Positions 54,314 to 63,197 of a stretch of 64,000 nt of DNA are shown here, piece after piece. The stretch covers positions 25,524 through 89,523 of the forward strand of contig CAWAUN010000010.1 of the NCBI GenBank assembly GCA_963785265.1, given 5' to 3'. Origin of the DNA: an uncultured Acidobacteriaceae bacterium (GTDB taxonomy: Bacteria > Acidobacteriota > Terriglobia > Terriglobales > Acidobacteriaceae). Made by a program: the position numbers and the translations under genes. Under the pieces are notes generated by a model. It searched no databases. It was not told the DNA's origin and saw nothing but the letters and a program-made list of their open reading frames with translations. The stretch's first letter is position 1. Each line of letters opens with the position of its first letter.

Positions 54314-57300
54314 ATGGTTTTCGAACCGAGCACTTTGATGGGTCGTCTAGTTACCGCGATGAAACCACTTGCAGGTATTCTGGCGTGCTTCCTGTTCGCA
54401 ACCGTATTGGCGTACACGCAGGGCGTAGGAACGTCGGGAGAGGTCACGGGAACGGTAGTCGACTCTGCCGGCGGCGTTGTGGTTAAAGCAACCATCAACG
54501 TCGTGGATGCGCAGACCGGTCTGAAGCGAACGGCCACCACGAATGACACCGGCCAGTTCCGGGTAACGGGGCTAGCGCCGGCGACCTATGACATCAGTGC
54601 GGAAATGGCGGGTTTTGCCACAGCGATTCGAAAAAGTGTCACCGTGGCCATTGGGCAGACGGTCGTCTCCGATTTCAAGCTGAATCCGTCGCCAGTGGCC
54701 ACAGTGATCGTGGTGACCGACCAGCCGCCGGTGGTGGAAACGGAACGCAGCAGCCAAGCCGATACCATCACGCAACAGTACGTGGCCGACTTGCCCATTG
54801 ATCGCCGCGATTACCTTACGTTTACTTTGCTCGCGCCGGGTGTATCGGACTCCACTCGGCTTGCCGGAGATCAGGATTTCAGAGTCAAGCAAACACCGCA
54901 AAGCGGACTGTCATTCTACGGCAGCAATGGCCGCGGCAACAGTATTACGGTCGACGGTGGCGAGACCTCGGGCGATAGCGGCGGCGTGCGCCTCACCGTA
55001 AGCCAGGACGATGTACAGGAATTTCAAATCAATCGCAGCAATTACGGCGCCGACCTGGGGGCAGCCTCCGGTGCGTCCATCAATATCGTAACCAAGTCCG
55101 GCACCAACAATGTGCATGCCACGCTATATGGTTTTTTCCGCAACGATGCCATGGATGCCCGCGACCCCTTCGCCTTCAGTTCGGCCCTCGCTCCCGACCC
55201 GACTTATTCGAATTTCAATACCACTTCGTCCGGCGAGCCGATCAAGAATTCGCTCAGCCGCCAGCAGTACGGCGGCGCCATTGGCTTCCCCATCCAGAAA
55301 GATAAAACCTTCTTCTTTGCTTCCTTCGAAGGCCTGCGGCAGAACTCACAGAACTCAGTTCCCCTTCTGACGGAAAGTTCGATCTTCGCCGGTCCCTCCG
55401 CGACCGCAACCTCGAACCCTTTTCCGCAGAGTGATCCAAGGTATGCGCAACAAGCGATCGTTACGGCCCTGGCCCAGTCAACAAACCCGAGCGTGCCTTG
55501 CATCAATGGTCTCCCAAATCTGCCAGCGCCGGTTTGCGCTGGTTATCTACAGCTCGCCCTCTCGGTCGCTCCGAACCAGGGTCTGACCATGATTCAGCCA
55601 GGGTTGAATAACTTCCTCATAAGCCAGTTTGAAAACGAGGGTGGAGTGTTTCCCTACGACACGCGGCAATACCTGGCGTCCACCCGCCTCGACCACCGCT
55701 TTGATGCGAACAACGAGATTGCGCTGACCTACAGGTATGGCCACGATCTCGAGGAGTCACCCGATGTGCAGTCGCTGACCGCTTTTTCGGCTGGAAGCGC
55801 CACCCACGACTACGACAATAATTTTCAAGTTGCCTGGTATCACCAGTTGAGTACAACCGCCCAGAACGAGGCGCGCGTGCAGTGGGATTACTACAGCTTT
55901 AACGTGATTCCGAACGAGGCGGCGCAGGCGGGACTCCAGATTCCAGGCTTTATCAACAACCTGGGAACCAACATCTTCCTCCCGAATATCACCATCCTCC
56001 GCCGCTACGAATTCGCGGACAATTTCTCCGTGATCCGCGGCCATCACGCCTTCAAGTTCGGAGCCTACGAACTGATCCGCGGCAATCACACCGAGTCCCA
56101 CACTTTTTTCCCCGGGCGCTGGGTCTTCGGCAACCTTCCCGGAGAAGCGCTCAGCCCGTGCTTCGCTCCCACGGTCACGAATCCCTGCACTGGAGGATCT
56201 ACTCCAGCGGGCGCCAACCTCAACTCGTTGCAAGGCGCTTCGTTGGGCGAACCTGAGGTTTACCAGCAGGGCTTCGGCAATCCGACCTACGGGTATTACG
56301 CGCGGCCGCTGACCGGCCTCTACGCGCAGGATTCCTGGAAGATTACGCCGAATTTCACTTTTAACTACGGTCTCCGCTGGGAATTGGACTCACAATTCGC
56401 GCCTTTAACCACCTACAAGAAGGATTTTGCCCCCCGCGTTTCCTTCGCGTGGGATCCCTTCAAGGATCACAAGACGGTGATTCGCGCGGGATATGGAATC
56501 TTCTACGGACCCGTCGACGCTCAGATTCCCGACGTCGATTTGAGCCTGGGGGTCGTAAACAAGAATCGGTCCGCAGTCGAGAACAGCACGCCCGCCGGCC
56601 AAGTGGCCAACGTCAGCGCAATCTGTGGAGTCTCCCAGTTCGGAGTAATAATCAGCCCTGGCACCGGGACCAGCCCTTGCAACCGCGAAATTTCTATTTA
56701 CGCCGACAGCATCACCGGGGTTCCGCTATTGGGCATAGCCGGCGCGGCAACTATTTTCCAAACGCTCTTTGGGCAGGGATTGATTCAGTGCACCACACCA
56801 ACCGCGGGGAATCAGGCCTGCGTCACACCGACGGCTGTGGCTGGCCCGTTTGCGGGTTCCCAACCGGTTGGCATCGACGTTACCAACACCGGCCCCCTCT
56901 CTCCCTTGCAGGTACTTTTCGTGAATCAGCCCGGCTATCGTCCGCCGATCGCGCAGCAGGCGTCGTTCGGAATTGAACGTGAGCTCGGACCTGGTTTCTC
57001 GATTTCTCTGAGCGGAATCTACACTCATACCCAGAGAATCCCGGTCGCGCTCGATACCAATCTGCTGCCCGCGCCGTTCAGCACGGTGACACTCGCCAAT
57101 GGCAAAACCGTTTCCTATCGCAACTGGAACGGCGGTACGCCGGGTATGCCGGCTCCCGCCGACCCGCTCGGCGGCACGGAATTCCCGGGAGGTCTTTCCC
57201 CATGCGCGAATCCCGCCGCCTGCTTTGTGAATCCGCTGATTGTGCAGAACAACCAATACAGTTCTGAGGCCTATGCGGTTTACGAGGGCGGTATTTTGGA

Positions 57301-57970
57301 AGTCAAGAAGCGCTTCCGTGAGCACTTTACCTTGTTCGGGAATTACACCTATAGCAAAGGTTCTGACACATCGACCGACTACAACACTGACTACGGCCCG
57401 CAAGATCCGACCAACCTCAATTTAGATCGCGCGCTTTCCGAATTCGATCAGCGGCATAAACTCGTGATTGCCGGAGTGCTCGACAGCCCCTGGAGACAGA
57501 GTATTTTGTCGGGCTTCCAGCTAGCTCCGATTTTCGAAGCCCACAGCGGGCATCCTTTTAACCTGCTGGCCGGAGGCGAGGTAAACGGCAACAATCACAT
57601 CACCAATGAGCGGCCCATCGGAGCCCCGCGTGACACCGGTCTCGGCCCCGACTACATCGACTTCGACATGCGCCTGACTTGGCGGCACAGACTTGGCGAG
57701 ACGTCGAATCTGCAATTTACTGCGGAGGGGTTCAACCTCGCGAACCGGACAAACTATGCCAGCGTGAATAACGAAGTGAGCCCGCTTTTCGGCTTTAACC
57801 CAGGCATCCCGGGTATCCCGGGTACGGCGTTCACGACGTTCAACGTGCGTGGGATTCGACCGGGCACAGCCCTCTTGGGTGGAGGAACGGCCTCGCCCAG
57901 CACACCCCTGGCCTTCACCTCTGCCTTCCCCAAGCGCCAGATCCAACTCGGCGTGCGCTTCAGCTTCTGA
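54314..57970 (+). CDS. TonB-dependent outer-membrane receptor with N-terminal carboxypeptidase-regulatory-like domain
   Basis: GAGGTGGGG precedes ATG 54314 (alternative start 54359). Signal-like ILACFLFATVLAYTQG. GTVVDSAGGVV..A.I.V.DAQTG..RTATTNDTGQFRV.GLAPATY. Plug and barrel regions; C-terminal ..QLGVRFSF ends in Phe. Confidence 0.88.
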   Translation: MVFEPSTLMGRLVTAMKPLAGILACFLFATVLAYTQGVGTSGEVTGTVVDSAGGVVVKATINVVDAQTGLKRTATTNDTGQFRVTGLAPATYDISAEMAGFATAIRKSVTVAIGQTVVSDFKLNPSPVATVIVVTDQPPVVETERSSQADTITQQYVADLPIDRRDYLTFTLLAPGVSDSTRLAGDQDFRVKQTPQSGLSFYGSNGRGNSITVDGGETSGDSGGVRLTVSQDDVQEFQINRSNYGADLGAASGASINIVTKSGTNNVHATLYGFFRNDAMDARDPFAFSSALAPDPTYSNFNTTSSGEPIKNSLSRQQYGGAIGFPIQKDKTFFFASFEGLRQNSQNSVPLLTESSIFAGPSATATSNPFPQSDPRYAQQAIVTALAQSTNPSVPCINGLPNLPAPVCAGYLQLALSVAPNQGLTMIQPGLNNFLISQFENEGGVFPYDTRQYLASTRLDHRFDANNEIALTYRYGHDLEESPDVQSLTAFSAGSATHDYDNNFQVAWYHQLSTTAQNEARVQWDYYSFNVIPNEAAQAGLQIPGFINNLGTNIFLPNITILRRYEFADNFSVIRGHHAFKFGAYELIRGNHTESHTFFPGRWVFGNLPGEALSPCFAPTVTNPCTGGSTPAGANLNSLQGASLGEPEVYQQGFGNPTYGYYARPLTGLYAQDSWKITPNFTFNYGLRWELDSQFAPLTTYKKDFAPRVSFAWDPFKDHKTVIRAGYGIFYGPVDAQIPDVDLSLGVVNKNRSAVENSTPAGQVANVSAICGVSQFGVIISPGTGTSPCNREISIYADSITGVPLLGIAGAATIFQTLFGQGLIQCTTPTAGNQACVTPTAVAGPFAGSQPVGIDVTNTGPLSPLQVLFVNQPGYRPPIAQQASFGIERELGPGFSISLSGIYTHTQRIPVALDTNLLPAPFSTVTLANGKTVSYRNWNGGTPGMPAPADPLGGTEFPGGLSPCANPAACFVNPLIVQNNQYSSEAYAVYEGGILEVKKRFREHFTLFGNYTYSKGSDTSTDYNTDYGPQDPTNLNLDRALSEFDQRHKLVIAGVLDSPWRQSILSGFQLAPIFEAHSGHPFNLLAGGEVNGNNHITNERPIGAPRDTGLGPDYIDFDMRLTWRHRLGETSNLQFTAEGFNLANRTNYASVNNEVSPLFGFNPGIPGIPGTAFTTFNVRGIRPGTALLGGGTASPSTPLAFTSAFPKRQIQLGVRFSF

Positions 57971-58060
57971 GGCAACTTCTCATTCTGAGGCGACGCAGGG
58001 TAAGTATGTTGTTTTGTGTCGGCACCTCGCGCCTCGCACGCTGGTTCGGACTCACTACAG

Positions 58061-59287
58061 TCAGGCCGAATTTTTAGCTAGGTATTTCCTCAGCTCGAGT
58101 TTGGCAATCAGGGCGCGATGCACTTCATCGGGCCCGTCCGCGATACGCAGAGTGCGGATGGTGGCAAACATTTCGGTCAGAGGGAAATCGGCGGAAACCC
58201 CGGCGCCTCCGTGCATTTGAATTGCCTGGTCGATAATTTCCAAAGCAGTGTTGGGCACCGCCACTTTGATCTGGGAGATTTCACTGCGCGCGCCCCTGGT
58301 GCCAACTTCATCCAGCATCCACGCAGCCTTGAGAGTAAGCAGACGCGCTTGCTCCAACTTGATGCGGGCATTGGCAATGACGTCGGCATTGGCGCCCAGT
58401 TCGGCCAACGGCTTGCCGAAGGCAACTCTTTGCAGCGAACGCCGGCACAAAAGTTCCAGCGCGCGCTCGGCTGCTCCCAGAGTACGCATGCAGTGATGAA
58501 TGCGGCCGGGACCGAGCCGGCCTTGAGCGATTTCGAAACCGCGGCCTGGTCCGGCAATAATGTGGTCCAGCGGTACGCGAACATTAGTGAAACTTACTTC
58601 GCCGTGGCCGAAAGGCGGGTCATACGATCCGAACACGGGCACCATGCGCTCGATCTTGACGCCGGGAGTTTCAATCGGCACCAGTACCATGGAATGGCGC
58701 TGATATTTCGACGCAAAGGGATTGGTAACGCCCATAAAGATGAGCAGCCGGCAGTGAGGATGACCAATTCCCGAACTCCACCACTTCAAGCCGTTCAGGA
58801 CTATGTGATCTCCCTCGATCAACGCCTTGGCCTGGATGTTCGTGGCGTCTGAGGAGGCCACGCCAGGTTCCGTCATGCAGAAGGCGGAACGAATCTCGCC
58901 CGCCAGCAACGGCTTAAGCCACCGCTCTTTCTGTGCCTCCGAACCATACTTCACCAGCACTTCCATGTTGCCAGTGTCGGGAGCATTGCAGTTGAAAACC
59001 TCGGGAGCAATCGAGGAGCGCCCGGTAATCTCCGCCAGGGGCGCATATTCCACGTTGGTGAGGCCCGCGCCGTACTTGCCGTCGGGAAGAAAAAGATTCC
59101 ATAAGCCAGCGGCGCGCGCTTTGGCCTTCAGAGTCTCCATCACCGCGGGCTGTTTCCAGTTGTGCCAGTCGGGAAGATTCTGCAATTGCGCTGCGTACTC
59201 GGGCTCGGCCGGCAAGACGTGCTCTTGCATGAACGCCGCAAGGCGCTGGACATAGCTCTGGGCTTTGGGTGACGGCGAAAAGTCCAT
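58061..59287 (-). CDS. Acyl-CoA dehydrogenase-fold protein of the ACAD10/ACAD11/FadE2-like type
   Basis: 408 aa. [15 protein letters not shown]. Carries [12 protein letters not shown] where classical ACADs have the (Y/F)EGT(S/N)EI catalytic-Glu motif. Confidence 0.85.
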   Translation of the reverse strand: MDFSPSPKAQSYVQRLAAFMQEHVLPAEPEYAAQLQNLPDWHNWKQPAVMETLKAKARAAGLWNLFLPDGKYGAGLTNVEYAPLAEITGRSSIAPEVFNCNAPDTGNMEVLVKYGSEAQKERWLKPLLAGEIRSAFCMTEPGVASSDATNIQAKALIEGDHIVLNGLKWWSSGIGHPHCRLLIFMGVTNPFASKYQRHSMVLVPIETPGVKIERMVPVFGSYDPPFGHGEVSFTNVRVPLDHIIAGPGRGFEIAQGRLGPGRIHHCMRTLGAAERALELLCRRSLQRVAFGKPLAELGANADVIANARIKLEQARLLTLKAAWMLDEVGTRGARSEISQIKVAVPNTALEIIDQAIQMHGGAGVSADFPLTEMFATIRTLRIADGPDEVHRALIAKLELRKYLAKNSA

Positions 59288-59339
59288 GGATATGCGGTGA
59301 CGAGCTGACCCCGCTGGTCACACAGCAGCCTAACGATTT

Positions 59340-60392
59340 TTGCGCAATTCTCCTAATGAATCCTGCGAATCCTGTAATATATGCGGCGTGCATTTAAGTC
59401 AGGTCGACCTGAACCTGTTTGTGGTGCTGGAAGCCATCTATCGCGAGGGCAATATCACTCGCGCGGGCCAGCAACTGAACCTTACGCAACCGGCGATCAG
59501 CCATGCGCTGAAGAGATTGCGCGAGCTTCTGCAGGATCCACTGTTTGTGCGGCAAGGGCCGCACATGGTGCCGACGCCATTCACGCGGAACATGATCGAG
59601 CAGGTGCGGCAGGCGCTGCAAATCCTGGAAGTGAATCTCAGCCAGAGCCGCAATTTTGTCCCCGAACACACGCGCCGTAACTTTCATCTGTCGTTGTGGG
59701 AATACGCCGAGGCCCTTATTCTTCCGTCCCTGATGCGGCGGCTAACGCATGAAGCCCCGGGGATGTCGATCACCACATCGCGCGTCAAGCGCAGAGACCT
59801 GGAAACCGAGCTGGCAAGCGGTTCGGTCGATCTGGCCATCGATATCCCTATGACGACGAGCGATCGCATCCGGCATAAGTGGCTGCTTAATGAACCATTC
59901 GCGGTCATGGCCCGGCACGGACACCCGGCGATCTGCGACAGACTCGACCTGGATACTTATCTGGCACAGCGGCATATTCTGGTCTCTTCCCGGCGCTACG
60001 GTCCCAGCCTGATTGATATCGAACTCAACCGCGGCGGGCTTAGCCGGCAGATATTTCTGCGCAGCCAGCACAATCATGCGGCCAGCATGGTGGTGAGTAT
60101 GACGGACATGCTGCTGACCTTGCCGGAGCGCCACGCGCGACTGCTGAACAAGGGGCTGGTCAATCAGATGCATCCCTTCCCGCTGCAGGCGCCGCGGCTC
60201 GAAGCCCACTTGTATTGGCACGAAAGCGTGGAGAATGATCCGGCAAATCGCTGGCTGAGGGAAGAAATCGAAAAGGTCCTGGCTCCGGAACCGCGAACCC
60301 TGGCAGAGGCGCGCAAGAGCGGAAACGGGCGGCGCCGCGACCGGGTCAACCTGACCAAGCGCGCGAGACTGCATGCTCCGCCAGTCCTTTAA
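59340..60392 (+). CDS. LysR-family transcriptional regulator, divergent from the ACAD gene
   Basis: VDLNLFVVLEAIYREGNITRAGQQLNLTQPAISHALKRLR is a LysR HTH. The start is either TTG 59340 or, more likely, GTG 59388. Confidence 0.88.
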   Translation: MRNSPNESCESCNICGVHLSQVDLNLFVVLEAIYREGNITRAGQQLNLTQPAISHALKRLRELLQDPLFVRQGPHMVPTPFTRNMIEQVRQALQILEVNLSQSRNFVPEHTRRNFHLSLWEYAEALILPSLMRRLTHEAPGMSITTSRVKRRDLETELASGSVDLAIDIPMTTSDRIRHKWLLNEPFAVMARHGHPAICDRLDLDTYLAQRHILVSSRRYGPSLIDIELNRGGLSRQIFLRSQHNHAASMVVSMTDMLLTLPERHARLLNKGLVNQMHPFPLQAPRLEAHLYWHESVENDPANRWLREEIEKVLAPEPRTLAEARKSGNGRRRDRVNLTKRARLHAPPVL

Positions 60393-60419
60393 TTTCTGCT
60401 GTTTGTGGTATCCGACCCC

Positions 60420-60677
60420 TCAAAAATCGCCGCCGGCGCCTCCGCCTCCCGTCTGTCCCCCACCGAAGCGGAAGTCCTCACTGCTCGTTTGCGGGCCTGG
60501 CGTTATCAAGTGGAGTAGCGGGCCGAATACCGTCGCCCCGACATTAATCCAGTGTTGGTCCTTTCCCGACTCCTCCATTTGCGTGTGATTGACCAAGATG
60601 GCCTCTCGCGAGTTCAGGGTTGACAATAGACGCCCAATAACCAGGACCGTGCGTACGGCTGGTTGTTCCTCGAACAA
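60420..60677 (-). CDS. Possible small membrane protein with Gly-rich C-terminal tail
   Basis: 85-aa ORF 48 nt downstream of the HoxU-like gene on the same strand. One hydrophobic stretch (WINVGATVFGPLLHLI), then ..RFGGGQTGGGGAGGDF*. Confidence 0.25.
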   Translation of the reverse strand: MFEEQPAVRTVLVIGRLLSTLNSREAILVNHTQMEESGKDQHWINVGATVFGPLLHLITPGPQTSSEDFRFGGGQTGGGGAGGDF

Positions 60678-60725
60678 CCACAGCCCGTTACCCGCGCGGG
60701 TAAGGTCGACTTGCCGCAGTTGCGG

Positions 60726-61265
60726 TTAAGATCGCGAGGCTACGACCCATCCGCCACTGCAAAGGTCAAAGCACTCCCGGCATTGACTGCATTGGTCGTG
60801 CGCGCTGTCGATGAGTTCAGGTTTTCGATCAATGCCTCTTCCTTTGAAGTAGAGCACGTTTTCCTTTTTGACTTCGGCACAGTAGCGGACGCACATCCCG
60901 CACAGACTGCAATCGGTCATTCCAGGATGGAAGCGCGATTTGGTGATGCCATACTCCGGGCCGTATTGCTGCCAGGATGGCCAGAGAAGTTCGACGATCA
61001 TCCTGCGGATGCGCGTGATCTTCTCGGAATCCGTCTGAACGCTCAGGCCCTCTTCCACAGGAAAAAGGCAGGAGGCTACCAGGCGAGGCCGCCCGTGCTT
61101 CACGATTTCCACCATGCACATGCGGCAGGCGCCGTAGGGCTCGAGCCTGTCGTCGTCGCAAAGAGTCGGAATCTTGATCCCGGCTGCCTTCGCAGCTTGC
61201 AGAATGGTGGCGCCTTTTGGGGCCTGCACCGACTTGCCATTGATTTCGAGCGTTACCTGCTCCAT
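60726..61265 (-). CDS. HoxU / NuoG-N-terminal-like iron-sulfur subunit (2Fe-2S plus 4Fe-4S clusters)
   Basis: 2Fe-2S ferredoxin start VTLEINGKSV..TLCDDDRLEPYGACRMCMVEI, then CSLCGMCVRYC and CSQCRECFDLC clusters. 179 aa; no catalytic hydrogenase or molybdopterin domain. Confidence 0.8.
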   Translation of the reverse strand: MEQVTLEINGKSVQAPKGATILQAAKAAGIKIPTLCDDDRLEPYGACRMCMVEIVKHGRPRLVASCLFPVEEGLSVQTDSEKITRIRRMIVELLWPSWQQYGPEYGITKSRFHPGMTDCSLCGMCVRYCAEVKKENVLYFKGRGIDRKPELIDSAHDQCSQCRECFDLCSGGWVVASRS

Positions 61266-61277
61266 AAAGATCTCCCT

Positions 61278-63197
61278 TTACACCCTGGTTTCAATCTGTA
61301 GTTGGGGAATTGGACTTGGCCGCGACACCGCCGCGGCTGGCAGCTTCAGCACCGCGCGGAACTTGTCTGGACACGCGGTGTAGCAGGAACCGCACTTGAT
61401 GCATTTTTCCTGCACGATGATGTAAGTGTCATCGACCTTCTGAATGGCGTCGACGGCGCAGGCGCGCGCGCAGGCTCCGCAGGCACTGGTACATTTCTCC
61501 TGGTCAATTTCATACGCGATCAGCGCGGCACAGACTCCGGCGGGGCAACGTTGCTCATGAATGTGAGCTTCGTACTCATCGCGAAAATACCGGATCGTGC
61601 TGCGAACCGGATTGGGTGCGCTCTTTCCAAGCGCGCAGAGGGAGGCCATTTCCATGAACTCCGACAGCTCTTCCAGCAGTTCAATGTCGCCATCCTGCCC
61701 TTCGCCGGCCGTGATGCGATCGAGGATTCTTAGCATCTGGCGCAGGCCTTCGCGGCAGGGAACGCACTTTCCGCAGGATTCGTGCGCCAGAAAGTTCACG
61801 TAATAGCGCGCCGTATCGACCATGCAGGTGTCCTCGTCCATTACGATCATTCCGCCGGAACCCATCATGGAACCAGCCTCGTCGAGTTTGTCGAAATCGA
61901 CGGGGAGGTCGAGGAGAGATTCGGGCAGAACTCCTCCCGACGGGCCGCCAGTCTGCACGGCTTTGAATTTCTTTCCGTTGGGGACTCCGCCGCCAATTTT
62001 GAACACGATGTCCCGGAGAGTGATCCCCATCGGGACCTCGACCAGACCCGTGTTCTTCACCCGGCCCACCAGCGAAAAGATCTTCGTTCCTTTGCTGCCT
62101 TTGGTCCCCATGCTGCGGAACCAGTCGGCCCCGCGGTTCACGATGAAAGGAACATTGGCCCAGGTTTCCACATTGTTAAGACAGGTGGGTTTTCCCCAGA
62201 GACCTTTCTCCGAGGTGTGAATGTATTTCGGTCTGGGCTCGCCCACATGGCCTTCGATCGCGTTCATCAGGGCCGTGGATTCTCCGGAAACAAACGCTCC
62301 AGCGCCGCGGTGAATTTTTACGTCGAAGGAGAATCCGGAACCGAGAATGTTCTTCCCCAGCAGCCCATACTCGCGGGCTTGTTGGATAGCCAGTTCCGTG
62401 TGCTTGCGCGCCAGCGGGTATTCCTGGCGGACATAGACGTAACCCTCGGAAGCGCCGATAGCATACGCGCCGATGATGAGGCCTTCGAGAACGCTGTGGG
62501 GATTGCCCTCAAGCAGACTGCGATCCATGTACGCGCCTGGATCTCCTTCATCACCATTCACCACCACATACTTGGGAACGCCTGGAGCTTTGCGAGTTGT
62601 CTCCCACTTCACGCCGGCGGAAAATCCAGCCCCGCCGCGACCGCGCAGGTCCGCTTTTTTAACTTCGTCAAGCACAACTTCAGGACGCATTTCCAACAAT
62701 GCTTTTGCCAGGGCCGAGTATCCGCCGACCGCAATGTAGTCGAGAATATTGGTGGCCTCGATGAGCACATTGTTTTCGAGCAAGATGCGTTGCTGGTGCT
62801 TGTAGAACGGGATATCTTCGGCTCGCCTTATCCGCTTTCCGCTTTCCTCGTCCAGATAAAGAAGAGATTCGATAACCGTGTCACCAAGAACGGTTTTCTC
62901 CAGAATTGCCGGTACGTCTTTTGCTGTGGCGCCCAGATAGCAGATCCCTTTGGGCTGGATTACCACCAGAGGTCCGCGCTCGCAGAAACCGTGGCAGCCG
63001 GTGCGCCGCAGTCCGATCGAGTGTCCAATACCTTGATCTTCGATTTCCTTCTGAAAAGTGTCGGCAAGTCCCTCTGCGCCATAGGCGCAGCAACCGGTTC
63101 CGGTGCACACCGTGACCCAAATGGGTTTGGTGCGGCGTTCGAGCAGAACTTTTTTCTTCAGCTCGGCAATCTCTGTGGGAGCATTCAGTCGTGGCAT
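61278..63197 (-). CDS. NuoF/HoxF/HydB-like NAD(P)H-binding flavoprotein subunit with N-terminal thioredoxin-like 2Fe-2S and C-terminal 2x[4Fe-4S] domains
   Basis: GRGGAGFSAGVKWE and VVNGDEGDPGAYMDR (FMN/NADH site), ESCGKCVPCREG (N3 cluster), C-terminal CxxCxxCxxxC motifs (CTSACGACARAC, CIKCGSCYTAC). Confidence 0.9.
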   Translation of the reverse strand: MPRLNAPTEIAELKKKVLLERRTKPIWVTVCTGTGCCAYGAEGLADTFQKEIEDQGIGHSIGLRRTGCHGFCERGPLVVIQPKGICYLGATAKDVPAILEKTVLGDTVIESLLYLDEESGKRIRRAEDIPFYKHQQRILLENNVLIEATNILDYIAVGGYSALAKALLEMRPEVVLDEVKKADLRGRGGAGFSAGVKWETTRKAPGVPKYVVVNGDEGDPGAYMDRSLLEGNPHSVLEGLIIGAYAIGASEGYVYVRQEYPLARKHTELAIQQAREYGLLGKNILGSGFSFDVKIHRGAGAFVSGESTALMNAIEGHVGEPRPKYIHTSEKGLWGKPTCLNNVETWANVPFIVNRGADWFRSMGTKGSKGTKIFSLVGRVKNTGLVEVPMGITLRDIVFKIGGGVPNGKKFKAVQTGGPSGGVLPESLLDLPVDFDKLDEAGSMMGSGGMIVMDEDTCMVDTARYYVNFLAHESCGKCVPCREGLRQMLRILDRITAGEGQDGDIELLEELSEFMEMASLCALGKSAPNPVRSTIRYFRDEYEAHIHEQRCPAGVCAALIAYEIDQEKCTSACGACARACAVDAIQKVDDTYIIVQEKCIKCGSCYTACPDKFRAVLKLPAAAVSRPSPIPQLQIETRV

